IMG/VR virus record: IMGVR_UViG_3300028742_000021
Span: 1 to 33,077 of that record
DNA length: 33,077 nt
Reading direction: 5' to 3' (one strand)
Source: a virus
Lineage: Duplodnaviria > Caudoviricetes
Part shown: one piece after another, positions 1 to 8,439 of the stretch
Layout of the letters: every line of letters begins with the position of its first letter
How positions within the stretch are numbered: the first letter of the stretch is position 1
Made by a program: the position numbers and the translations under genes
Notes under the pieces: model-generated
What the model saw: the letters and a program-made list of their open reading frames with translations, nothing else
Told to the model about the DNA's origin: nothing
Databases searched by the model: none

Positions 1-1
1 A

Positions 2-1171
2 ATTACGATATTCGGCCATCTTCAGTATTTATTCTCGGAAAATGCCATGCTTCACACTGCCGATATGTACTTCGGCCTGTGGTCCGGCGTCGACCTCTTC
101 TTTGCGATCTCAGGCTTCGTCATATCCCGCGATCTGCTGAGCCGCCTAGATAAAGCGAAAGACAGCGAGACGTTTTGGCGCGCATCCTTCGCGTTTTGGA
201 TCCGGCGAATCTACCGGATATGGCCCACGTCCTGGCTATGGATTACTGTCTTCGCCGTCGGCGCTCTGATTTTTCGGGAACCGCATTATTTTGGATATTT
301 CTCGCGCGCCTTATCCGATTTTTCTGCGGTCGCAATGCAAGTGGCCAATTTCCATTTTTGGTCTTGCATGAACAGTGCTATACCCAACCAATGCGGGAGT
401 GCAAACGTATGGTGGAGCCTCTCCCTTGAAGAGCAGTTTTATATTTTCCTGCCGCTAGCTGCACTGCTCTTTCGCAAAAAACTGCCCTACGCGCTCGGCG
501 CCATCGTGCTAGTTCAGATATTCATTCCTCGGCCGATTTGGTCGCTGCTTTGGTCGATCAGGACGGATGCTATTTGCTTGGGCGTGCTCCTCGCCATCTT
601 CTCGCGCCATCCCATCTATCAAATCGTTGAGCCGAAATTCATGGCGAAGAGTTTCTACGCAATTTCGGTCGTAGCGATCCTGATATTCCTGCTTATCGAT
701 CTGCCTTCCGATTGGGCCGGCAAGATCAATCCCGTACCTTTTTCTACAGGACTCGTTGCTATCGTATCGGTCGCATTGGTTTTGATCGCCTCGTACAACA
801 AAGGTTATATCGTTCGCAATCAATACGTCAAAGCGGTGCTGATGTGGATCGGTTCGCGCTCGTACGCCCTGTACCTCATTCATTACCCAGCCATCCCCAT
901 GACGCTGATCATCTGTCGATATATTGAGCCAAGTGGAACCGCGTTTGAGCCAAGCGACACATTGAGATATTTTGTCGTCTGGCTTTGCTTGCTACTGGGC
1001 CTGTCAGAGCTCAATTATCGATTCGTCGAGACACCGCTACGCCGCAAAGGACGCCAGATTGCGCTACGCATGGAAATGGGCAGTGGAGCTATCTCGCCTC
1101 TTACCGAGGATGCTCCGCAAGCCGCGCTCTTTATGTCAGAGCGGGCGTCTGCGCCGGAGGGGCGCCAGTAA
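2..1171 (+). CDS. Acyltransferase-3 family (OafA-like) membrane O-acyltransferase, 5'-truncated by the window edge; probable surface-polysaccharide/O-antigen acetylase moron
   Basis: The frame is open from nt 2 (ITIFGHLQYLF...) through the ORF called at 47. It carries the AT3 motifs GVDLFFAISGF, FWIRRIYRIWP, WSLSLEEQFY, GSRSYALYLIHYP and YRFVETP, and many hydrophobic segments. It is opposite in strand to the phage late genes. Confidence 0.9.
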   Translation: MTIFGHLQYLFSENAMLHTADMYFGLWSGVDLFFAISGFVISRDLLSRLDKAKDSETFWRASFAFWIRRIYRIWPTSWLWITVFAVGALIFREPHYFGYFSRALSDFSAVAMQVANFHFWSCMNSAIPNQCGSANVWWSLSLEEQFYIFLPLAALLFRKKLPYALGAIVLVQIFIPRPIWSLLWSIRTDAICLGVLLAIFSRHPIYQIVEPKFMAKSFYAISVVAILIFLLIDLPSDWAGKINPVPFSTGLVAIVSVALVLIASYNKGYIVRNQYVKAVLMWIGSRSYALYLIHYPAIPMTLIICRYIEPSGTAFEPSDTLRYFVVWLCLLLGLSELNYRFVETPLRRKGRQIALRMEMGSGAISPLTEDAPQAALFMSERASAPEGRQ

Positions 1172-1236
1172 AAGCGACGCCGCTATAGGTCCAGCCAATA
1201 GAAACTGGATCTCCAGATGGAATCAGATCGGCTGCC

Positions 1237-1773
1237 TTACGCGATGGTCATGCTCGGCGCTGGAAGCGTAGCGCCGGGCATGCCGTCGCCATACAGATTG
1301 AGCGCCGATACATAGTTCGCAATCGCCGTGGCCCATCCCTTGAAAACAGCCACGCTCGGGAAAATATGCGGCGTATTGGAGGCATCAGGCCAAGGAAATG
1401 TACTTGTGCCATTGGGGAAAGCCCCGTTCGTCAGGATGAATGTCGTCACTGAGGTGATTTCATCAGTTGTTTTGCTGTCGACCGCGTATGTCCCATTGAT
1501 CGCTGGGGTGCTGGTACTTGTGATCGTCAGGCCGGCGGCCAGCGCTGCCATCACGGTAGACGCAAGCACTTCGGCCGCAGTCGGCGCAGGGGTCGTCGAT
1601 ACGGGTGCCGTGTAGTTCGTGCCGTCGAACGTATAGCCCGCGCTGACTGGTGAGCCAGCGGGCAACAGTTGTGCTGTAACGCCGCTGGGAGGCGTCCATG
1701 TCGCCGTGTTGCCGTCCCACATAATCGTGTTGATCACGACATCAGATTGGATCAATGCGTAGATTTGGTTCAT
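1237..1773 (-). CDS. Tail fibre-associated/assembly protein (DUF4376-like C-terminal part)
   Basis: 178 aa, directly downstream of the tail fibre gene. The N-terminal YALIQSDVVINTIMWDG...W and the GYTFDG pattern are typical of small tail-fibre partner proteins. Confidence 0.55.
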   Translation of the reverse strand: MNQIYALIQSDVVINTIMWDGNTATWTPPSGVTAQLLPAGSPVSAGYTFDGTNYTAPVSTTPAPTAAEVLASTVMAALAAGLTITSTSTPAINGTYAVDSKTTDEITSVTTFILTNGAFPNGTSTFPWPDASNTPHIFPSVAVFKGWATAIANYVSALNLYGDGMPGATLPAPSMTIA

Positions 1774-1776
1774 GGC

Positions 1777-3369
1777 TTACCACTCCAGATTGACTTGACC
1801 GCGCGCGCCAGCCGCACCAGCATTTGCGCCGGTGCCCCCAGACCCACCACCACCGCCGCCTGGGACCGCTCCGCCCGCGCCCTGCCCTACAGCACCGCCC
1901 CCACCCGCTCCGCCGCAACTCGAGGTTCCGCCACATCCGCCAGCGCTAGCCCCAGGACCGCCTGTGCTGCCTGATCCACCAGTTAAATTATTTTGTCCGC
2001 CACTACCAACGCCCCCGCCGCCAGAGTTGCCGCCAGTAGTGGTATTTGCCTGTCCCGCTGCGCCACCGGTTGCACTGATAGATCCGAACGAAGTCGTTCC
2101 GCCTGCGGTACCCGCGCCACCTGTGCCGCCAGCGGTGCCCGCCGCTCCTATGGTTGCGGCAATGACTTGCCCCGGGGTGACGGCCATAATGCCTTCAGCA
2201 AATCCGCCCGCCCCGCCTCCGCCCGCACTACCATTGTTAGCAGATCCTACCCCCCCGCTGCCGGCGCCAGCACCCCATACTCTGTACCGCAGAAAATAGA
2301 CGTTTGCTGGGACGGTGAAATTGCCACTGCTCGTAATCGCGGAGAAACCATGATTCCACGCGTAGTTTTGCTGGACCTGGCCGAATTGGACCGCATGTGC
2401 TGGCTGTGTAGCGGGGGCGATTTGGAGCGCACCAGCGGTTTGCCCGATCAGAATCGCCGTGCCTGTGGTCGAGTTGTACGCCGCCTCGTATTGCTTTGCG
2501 GCGATGATTTCGCCGCCCTGAAGCGCCGCGTTCGCACCATTGAGTGCAATCGATCCGCCGCCCCAGTTGATCGTGCAGGCTCCGGTATTGCTATTCGCAG
2601 CCTTGAAACGGATCGGCTCACCGTCCGTATATGACGTCACAGCCGGGGTGAGTGCCAGTGTGATTGTGTTAGCGGAAGTACTGGTATCGACGGCGTAGAT
2701 GGTCGAGCCGGTTTGCATCATCTGCAGCAGGCTCGAGATCTGCGGCACGCCCACCGGCACGGAGATGTTTCCGGAGGTGACCGTGGTCGCGCCGTTGGCG
2801 ACGATGACTACTGCGAGTGCCGTCCAGCCAGAATCGACCGAAGGCGTTACCTGCGTGCCGGTCGCGGCTGCAATACCGGCTTTCGCCTGGATGACGCAAA
2901 AACCTTGGCGCTGCGTTGCCTGCGGCGCACCGTTGCCGCCTTGTCCATTCAGTGGAATCTGGGGATTGTTGCTGTTGTAGTAAGGCAAAACAGCCGGGTT
3001 CGTGTCCTGATCCTGATACTGACATTCGATCAGGTAGGCGACGCTAAAGCCACTTGTTGCGGGTGCCGGCGTCGAGATGGTCTGCGCGGCCATATTCAGG
3101 CCTTGCTTCACAATGACATCTGTCGTGTCAGCCGGTAGCGCGCCCCATGGCGTAGCATCGACGTCCGCCAATGAGTAGATTTCGCCGATGCCGACAAGCA
3201 CGTTCAAGGCGGCAGGCGAGTTCGGCGTCACAGCCAACCCGCGCACCACCGTATTGCTGCCGAAGGCGGCTTGCGCCAACTTACCCAGGCCGATCATGGT
3301 CGAGCGCGCGGCGAACAGGAAATCGACGCTACGGCCTTGTTCCTGTGTGTAAACGGTTGGGCGATCCAT
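1777..3369 (-). CDS. Tail fibre / receptor-binding protein with glycine-rich C-terminal domain
   Basis: 530 aa, follows the baseplate wedge genes. It has a FKAANSNTGACTIN module and a C-terminal Gly-rich domain (FTVPANV...WGAGAGSGG...GARGQVNLEW). RBS TGGAG lies upstream. Confidence 0.8.
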   Translation of the reverse strand: MDRPTVYTQEQGRSVDFLFAARSTMIGLGKLAQAAFGSNTVVRGLAVTPNSPAALNVLVGIGEIYSLADVDATPWGALPADTTDVIVKQGLNMAAQTISTPAPATSGFSVAYLIECQYQDQDTNPAVLPYYNSNNPQIPLNGQGGNGAPQATQRQGFCVIQAKAGIAAATGTQVTPSVDSGWTALAVVIVANGATTVTSGNISVPVGVPQISSLLQMMQTGSTIYAVDTSTSANTITLALTPAVTSYTDGEPIRFKAANSNTGACTINWGGGSIALNGANAALQGGEIIAAKQYEAAYNSTTGTAILIGQTAGALQIAPATQPAHAVQFGQVQQNYAWNHGFSAITSSGNFTVPANVYFLRYRVWGAGAGSGGVGSANNGSAGGGGAGGFAEGIMAVTPGQVIAATIGAAGTAGGTGGAGTAGGTTSFGSISATGGAAGQANTTTGGNSGGGGVGSGGQNNLTGGSGSTGGPGASAGGCGGTSSCGGAGGGGAVGQGAGGAVPGGGGGGSGGTGANAGAAGARGQVNLEW

Positions 3370-3385
3370 TCAAGCTCCAGAAACG

Positions 3386-3409
3386 AAAAAAGCCGCCCGA
3401 AGGCGGCTT
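3386..3409 (-). terminator. Rho-independent terminator-like hairpin upstream of the tail fibre gene
   Basis: - strand AAGCCGCC-TTCG-GGCGGCTT followed by a U-tract (TTTTCGTTT). Confidence 0.75.
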
Positions 3410-3432
3410 GAATGAGTGCAGGTTTAGTGCGG

Positions 3433-4092
3433 TTATGGCGTGATCGGCCCGTTGGCTATGCGTAGCCAAACGACCGTGCCTGTCATGCGGGTTGATTCGA
3501 CGGCGGCGATGATTGCGGCGTCGGTAATTGATGTGACCGGAGAATCAGACCAGGCGCCGTATGAATCGAACGACCAGCGCCACGAATCGAGTTCACCGAG
3601 AGATTGCGCACTGGTGATCGGCCGGTATGCAGTCACGAAGCTCTGGTATGGCATCGGCGCACCCCATTTGCCGACGCCGGTATCCCAATAGAAAGCGCCA
3701 TCCCAACCGCCCGAGTCAGTCGTATTGCTCGGCTCAAAAATATCCGGCGTGCGACCAGTTACGAGGGTGAGCACCGCCGACATGTTGGCGCGCGTCGGCC
3801 CCTTGACAAACAGGTTCGCGAGAATGCGCGCGCGAAATGGGCCGTCCTGTTCGTTTGTCAGCCGCGGCAGTGCGGTGCCGAAGAAGTCATTCGATATCAG
3901 GTCGAGATAGCCGTCGGTCGCCGTGCCGATGCGCGTCTGCAGCGTCGCGTAGGTGATCTGCGCGTAGATCGACGAAAGCGCCCATGCAGGGCCTTGTAGC
4001 GTCGCGTCGAAGTTCGGGGATGACTGGAACCACGACTTCGGGATCTGTGCCTTCAGGCGGCTGAAAATATCCTGCGGATCTCCCCTGGCCAT
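3433..4092 (-). CDS. Baseplate wedge protein (P2 gpI / Mu gp48-like)
   Basis: 219 aa, directly after baseplate J. It contains the TATDGYLDLISNDFFG...R..NEQDGPFRARI pattern typical of this class. Confidence 0.75.
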   Translation of the reverse strand: MARGDPQDIFSRLKAQIPKSWFQSSPNFDATLQGPAWALSSIYAQITYATLQTRIGTATDGYLDLISNDFFGTALPRLTNEQDGPFRARILANLFVKGPTRANMSAVLTLVTGRTPDIFEPSNTTDSGGWDGAFYWDTGVGKWGAPMPYQSFVTAYRPITSAQSLGELDSWRWSFDSYGAWSDSPVTSITDAAIIAAVESTRMTGTVVWLRIANGPITP

Positions 4093-5276
4093 CAGTTCAC
4101 CGATACCGTGCCCGCAACTACGTCTTGAGTTGCAGTCGCAACCAAATCAGACGTGCCGCCGTTGATCGTCAGACCGGTTACGGGGATCGCCACGCCCGGC
4201 ACGGCCCAAATCGCGGAATAAAGCTGCGAATAGGACAGCGTGCCGCCGAGCGGCACCGATGCAATGAAATTCTCGATTGCCGTCGTGACCGCCGCCTCGA
4301 CGTTCGCCAGCAAGTAGCCGGGCGCGGCGGTGACGCTCACCGCGATGTTGGCTGTGAGTTGCGTTGCGGCGTACACCGCGAACGTGATCGAGAGGCCGCG
4401 AATCGCGTTGATGGCCGAATAAACCGCGTCGTGCAGTTGCGTCGTGAACGGCGAGATGATCACGTAAAAAAATCCGTACTGCGTGACGCCGCCGAGCGTC
4501 TGGTTCTCGACAATCTCGTACTGGATGCCCTGCTGCACGCCTTCGATAGCCGACTCGACTGCCGTTGCGATTGCTGCGCGCAGGCCTTGGACATAGACCT
4601 GGAACCGGGCCTGCACCGCCGCGTCGCTTTCCTGATTTACGCCATTCTCGAGCGAGCTCGAATTGGTCACCGTGTCGACGCCGACGATGGCCGTCGAGAT
4701 CGTCGTGATGCTGCCGGCGGCAACGTTGCCCTGTATGCCAGCGTTCGACGCCTGCACCGTGACCTGTGCGCTCGTCACGCCAGCCGGGATAATGTAGGCG
4801 TTCGCTGCGGCATTCCAATAGGTCTGCGTCGGGTCCGGTATGACTTGGAACGGTTGCGTTCCGTCTGCCGTCAGCGTCATGGCGCCACCGGAATAACTGC
4901 CCCCGGTCCCGCTCGCGTTCGGCGTATAAACGCCCGCCGGAATCGTCGCCGCATTCGTCGGCGTGAAACGCGAGAAGACCACCTGACCAGTGGCAGACAC
5001 CGCAGCCTCGCGCGGCGGGCAGCCAAAGTCAGCGATGAAACTGTCGATATCGGCTCCTGTCGACGTCGACAGGCGTGTCACGGCGAGCAGCGTCATCACG
5101 AGCGACTGTAGCCACATCGACACGCCAGCGACCGCTTCAACGCGCGCCAGCTCAAGCGAGCCGATCACGAACGATAGGAGGGTGACGACTGCGCCGCCTG
5201 CCTTCGCTACCGCCGACTGGATCGCCGCAACCTGCTGCTGAACGATCGTCGTGAAACTTTGCGTATTAAGAGCCAT
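4092..5276 (-). CDS. Baseplate J / Mu gp47-like protein
   Basis: 394 aa with R.AAVSATGQVVFSR, GIQGNVAAGSIT and GVNQESDAAVQARF motifs, in the expected position. Confidence 0.9.
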   Translation of the reverse strand: MALNTQSFTTIVQQQVAAIQSAVAKAGGAVVTLLSFVIGSLELARVEAVAGVSMWLQSLVMTLLAVTRLSTSTGADIDSFIADFGCPPREAAVSATGQVVFSRFTPTNAATIPAGVYTPNASGTGGSYSGGAMTLTADGTQPFQVIPDPTQTYWNAAANAYIIPAGVTSAQVTVQASNAGIQGNVAAGSITTISTAIVGVDTVTNSSSLENGVNQESDAAVQARFQVYVQGLRAAIATAVESAIEGVQQGIQYEIVENQTLGGVTQYGFFYVIISPFTTQLHDAVYSAINAIRGLSITFAVYAATQLTANIAVSVTAAPGYLLANVEAAVTTAIENFIASVPLGGTLSYSQLYSAIWAVPGVAIPVTGLTINGGTSDLVATATQDVVAGTVSVN

Positions 5277-5652
5277 ATGCCGGGACGTTGAAGTTGAGGG
5301 TCTGCGGCACGCCCGTGGGCGCGTAGATGTAATTGATCGCCACGCTCAGCAGGCCGGTAGCATCGTTCTGGTAGGTGAAGGTCGGCGGCGGCTGCTTTTG
5401 CACGTCAGGCTCAATCGCCAGCACGGCAGTGATCAGTGACTTGATCAGCGCGAACTCTTCGACCGAGAGCGCCTTGCCGACGAAACGACCTAGGCCGGCG
5501 CCATACGTCGGATGCCAGATGTACGTGCCGGGTGGCGTCAGCAGCGCGCGTACTATGCGCTGATTCAATTCCGCCACGCCGGTCGCGAGCAAGTCATCCC
5601 CCGAGGCCGAGAACTGGGTGTCCTGGCCCCACCAGTGAAAACTGTCAGGCAT
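5266..5652 (-). CDS. Baseplate wedge/sheath initiator (gp25/gpW/gp46-like)
   Basis: 128 aa between the spike and baseplate J, with QRIVRALLT.PG..WHPTYGAGL. Confidence 0.8.
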   Translation of the reverse strand: MPDSFHWWGQDTQFSASGDDLLATGVAELNQRIVRALLTPPGTYIWHPTYGAGLGRFVGKALSVEEFALIKSLITAVLAIEPDVQKQPPPTFTYQNDATGLLSVAINYIYAPTGVPQTLNFNVPAYGS

Positions 5653-5661
5653 AAATTGGCT

Positions 5662-6306
5662 CTAGTTGGGCGGTGTGGTGACGGCGTTGGCGCCCTGTGC
5701 CGTGTGCGTGTGGTTGTGCACGCTCTTGCCTTCGGCGGTGAGGTCGTTATTGACCGTAGCCGGACCGTTTAGCGTTGCGGTGCCACCCTGCGGCCCGGTA
5801 CCTTGGGTCAACTGCCCATCGATCTCGACTGCTGGCGCCGAGTTGGTGATTTCGGTACCTGCGGTCAACCCGATGGTCTGGCTCGCCTGCATAGCGATCG
5901 TCTGCGCCGAGAAATACATCCCTGTCGCGGCGTTGAAGCTCATCGTCCCGTCGTTATTCAGCTTGACGTATGAGCCCTGACTATCAATGATCGCGGCCTG
6001 ACCGGACTGCACGATCGGCGGTCGAGCCGAATTATTGAAGAACCGGCCGCCAACGACCGTCGCCTCGACCTTGCCATCCATAAAATCTAGGCGCACCGAG
6101 TCACCGATGCCGGGCCCGAACACGGCGCCGAAGTTGTTGCCGACCCATGCCGCGGCGAGCGGGATGAAACCCGTCTCGTCCTTGGTCGGCATGATCATCA
6201 CCTTGACGGTGTAATCGTTTGGGTTGTATGCGGTGATCTGTCCGTACTTGGTCGACGCAAAACCAGCCATGAACTCAGACACGACCCGCTTGATGTGCTC
6301 GATCAT
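5662..6306 (-). CDS. Baseplate central spike (gpV / Mu gp45-like)
   Basis: N-terminal OB-like region (PGIGDSVRLDF..G), beta-helix-like repeats, and a C-terminal metal-binding HNHTH tip motif. Confidence 0.9.
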   Translation of the reverse strand: MIEHIKRVVSEFMAGFASTKYGQITAYNPNDYTVKVMIMPTKDETGFIPLAAAWVGNNFGAVFGPGIGDSVRLDFMDGKVEATVVGGRFFNNSARPPIVQSGQAAIIDSQGSYVKLNNDGTMSFNAATGMYFSAQTIAMQASQTIGLTAGTEITNSAPAVEIDGQLTQGTGPQGGTATLNGPATVNNDLTAEGKSVHNHTHTAQGANAVTTPPN

Positions 6307-7421
6307 GTCAATGTCACCGTTTGCGCGTCCGTTACGGTCTTGCCGTGCACCGAGGTCTCGAACTTCGGCGGATCGACCCGAAACGAGCGCCGGATCCGCG
6401 CGGCTTCATACGTCGTGTCGAATGGCGTCCCGGTGCCTTGCACGATGACCGGCGTCCACGGATAGATCAGCGTATCGCCGGGTAGATTGGCCGACATCTT
6501 CATCTCGTGCTGACTGATCTGCCCAAGCAACTGCTGCGCCTTGGCATCGCATTGGGCCTGCGTCAGGTCGTTGAACGTGAAGCTGTACTCCTGCACCGAC
6601 TGCGCAAGCGTCGCGTCATGTTCGATGCGCTTCGCCGTCTTGCTCGACGTGGCAAGCGAGGTATAGACCTGATTTTTCGCGCCGTGATAGCTGCGCACGG
6701 TCACCGATACATCGTTCGCGAGCGTCAAATCGTGCTCGAAATCGAGACTCGTTGCATTGGACGTCGGATAGGGCCGCTGGGTGGTCGGCGGGGTGTACTG
6801 AATCAAATAAGGCTGATTCGACAGAGCCGCGCTGAACGACCCAAAATACAGCGTGCGCCCCAGCACGAAGCACTGCACACCCACATGCTGCGCGAGGTAT
6901 GTGAGAATCGTCCACATCGACTGCTGCCGGTGCAGGCTCACATGGTCCGCCGCAAAAAATGCCCCGACAAGGCCGGTTGTTGGCTGCACGTTCGGAATCA
7001 ACCCAGCTTGCTGAGCCAAGTAGGTAGCGACCTGGCTGGCCGTCTGGTTCTGGAACTTGATATCGATCTTCTTGTCGACCAGTAGCGCGGTCAGGTCTCG
7101 GCCCGACAGGGAAATGCCGCCCGTCATGGCGTTGAGCCGGATCGAATCAATACGATAGGTCTGCAATAGCGTGAGGTCGCTGGCCGAGTAGTTCCGCGGG
7201 TCTTTTGGAAAACCCACATACACGTCGACAAGAATTTCGGTCTGCTGCGTCCACCAGGCCCAGTCTGTGAATACCGACGGCACCTCGATGCTAATGGTTC
7301 CCGCCTCATTGATGCCGTTGTGCCCGGCGTCCCAACTCGTCCAGTTGATGACCTTCGAGCCCACCTGAAGGATCGCCCGCGGCGCAACGAGCGAGCCAAC
7401 GGTCGGGGGGGTGTTGATCAT
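6303..7421 (-). CDS. Baseplate hub protein (Mu gp44 / P2 gpD-like)
   Basis: 372 aa immediately upstream of the spike, with SLSGRDLTALLVD and a size typical of hub proteins. Confidence 0.8.
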   Translation of the reverse strand: MINTPPTVGSLVAPRAILQVGSKVINWTSWDAGHNGINEAGTISIEVPSVFTDWAWWTQQTEILVDVYVGFPKDPRNYSASDLTLLQTYRIDSIRLNAMTGGISLSGRDLTALLVDKKIDIKFQNQTASQVATYLAQQAGLIPNVQPTTGLVGAFFAADHVSLHRQQSMWTILTYLAQHVGVQCFVLGRTLYFGSFSAALSNQPYLIQYTPPTTQRPYPTSNATSLDFEHDLTLANDVSVTVRSYHGAKNQVYTSLATSSKTAKRIEHDATLAQSVQEYSFTFNDLTQAQCDAKAQQLLGQISQHEMKMSANLPGDTLIYPWTPVIVQGTGTPFDTTYEAARIRRSFRVDPPKFETSVHGKTVTDAQTVTLT

Positions 7422-7422
7422 G

Positions 7423-8439
7423 TCAGGCTGGGATGGTCAGAGTGTTGATGCCGGTCAGAATCGGATCGCCGCCAAGCTGAGGATTGGCCGCCAAAATGTC
7501 AGTGAATCGGCCCGCGTCGCCATACTGCTGTGCCGCGATGGTGTATAGGTCGCCCCCGCCAACGGTGATCGTCTGCGCGCTGGTCGGCATCGCGACGAGC
7601 GGCAAGTTGACCTGCATCCGGGCGCAAATGCTGCGCATCTGGTACAACTCGGGCAATTGGACCGCCGAATTCATTGTCGCCAGCGCGTTAAAGACGTTGG
7701 CCGCCGCTGGCACGCCCGGGAGAACACCCGCGACGTTTGCGACAGTGTTCTCGGCTGTTGCGATCAACCCCTGAACCTGTGATGCAACGGCCGCAAGCGG
7801 AGCCACGACTGCCGCGACCGCGCTCTCTACAGAGTTGACCACTTGGGCGGCGCAATTGGCGACACCCGCAATAAACGACGTGACCGCCATCAGGCCGTTG
7901 GCGATCGGCTGCACTGCGGTGCTAACCGCACTCATGGCGCTTTGCAGATCGCCAATGAGGCTATTCAGCGCTGAACTCCCGATACAGTTCGACAGCATGC
8001 CGAGTTGCGCCATGTCGCTAGCCATCGATTGCGCCGGGGTAATCGCCGGGACCGAGTCGACCGTCGCCGTCTGATCCTCAATGACCTCGAACTTGATCTG
8101 GTACGGGATCTTGAACGGGTATTCGTAGTCAGCGTGGAATTCCGCGATCACGACCTGATACAGCAGCGCATCCCATGACAGCGTGCATTGCAAACCTTCC
8201 CGGCGCACCGAGTCGAGGAACCGTGCGCGGGACAGCGCCGACGCGTACAGAAACAGCCCGGACCATTGCAGCGGTTCGTCGTCGCCCCCCATCGCATTGA
8301 TACGCCGCATGCCGCCGACCATTTTCTGCACGTCGAGCAGTTGCGAACCGCCAAACCGGATCTTCTCCGGCACTTCTGCGTCCGTAAAGACGAAGGCCCC
8401 GTTCGGCGTGTCCAGCGTGAGGGTCGCGAACGTGTTCAT
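7423..8439 (-). CDS. Tail tube initiator / LysM-like tail X fusion protein
   Basis: 338 aa after the tape measure. C-terminal LysM-like TITVGGGDLYTIAAQQYGDA..FTDILAANPQL...LTIP; gpU-like N-terminus. Confidence 0.75.
   Translation of the reverse strand: MNTFATLTLDTPNGAFVFTDAEVPEKIRFGGSQLLDVQKMVGGMRRINAMGGDDEPLQWSGLFLYASALSRARFLDSVRREGLQCTLSWDALLYQVVIAEFHADYEYPFKIPYQIKFEVIEDQTATVDSVPAITPAQSMASDMAQLGMLSNCIGSSALNSLIGDLQSAMSAVSTAVQPIANGLMAVTSFIAGVANCAAQVVNSVESAVAAVVAPLAAVASQVQGLIATAENTVANVAGVLPGVPAAANVFNALATMNSAVQLPELYQMRSICARMQVNLPLVAMPTSAQTITVGGGDLYTIAAQQYGDAGRFTDILAANPQLGGDPILTGINTLTIPA

Noticed and set aside
1832-2299. Proline-rich 155-aa ORF on the + strand
   Set aside because: It is the antisense shadow of the Gly-rich (GGC/GGT) tail fibre C-terminus.
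1237-3369. Possible invertible tail fibre cassette or diversity-generating retroelement
   Set aside because: No invertase, reverse transcriptase, flanking inverted repeats or TR/VR repeat pair is visible in the window.
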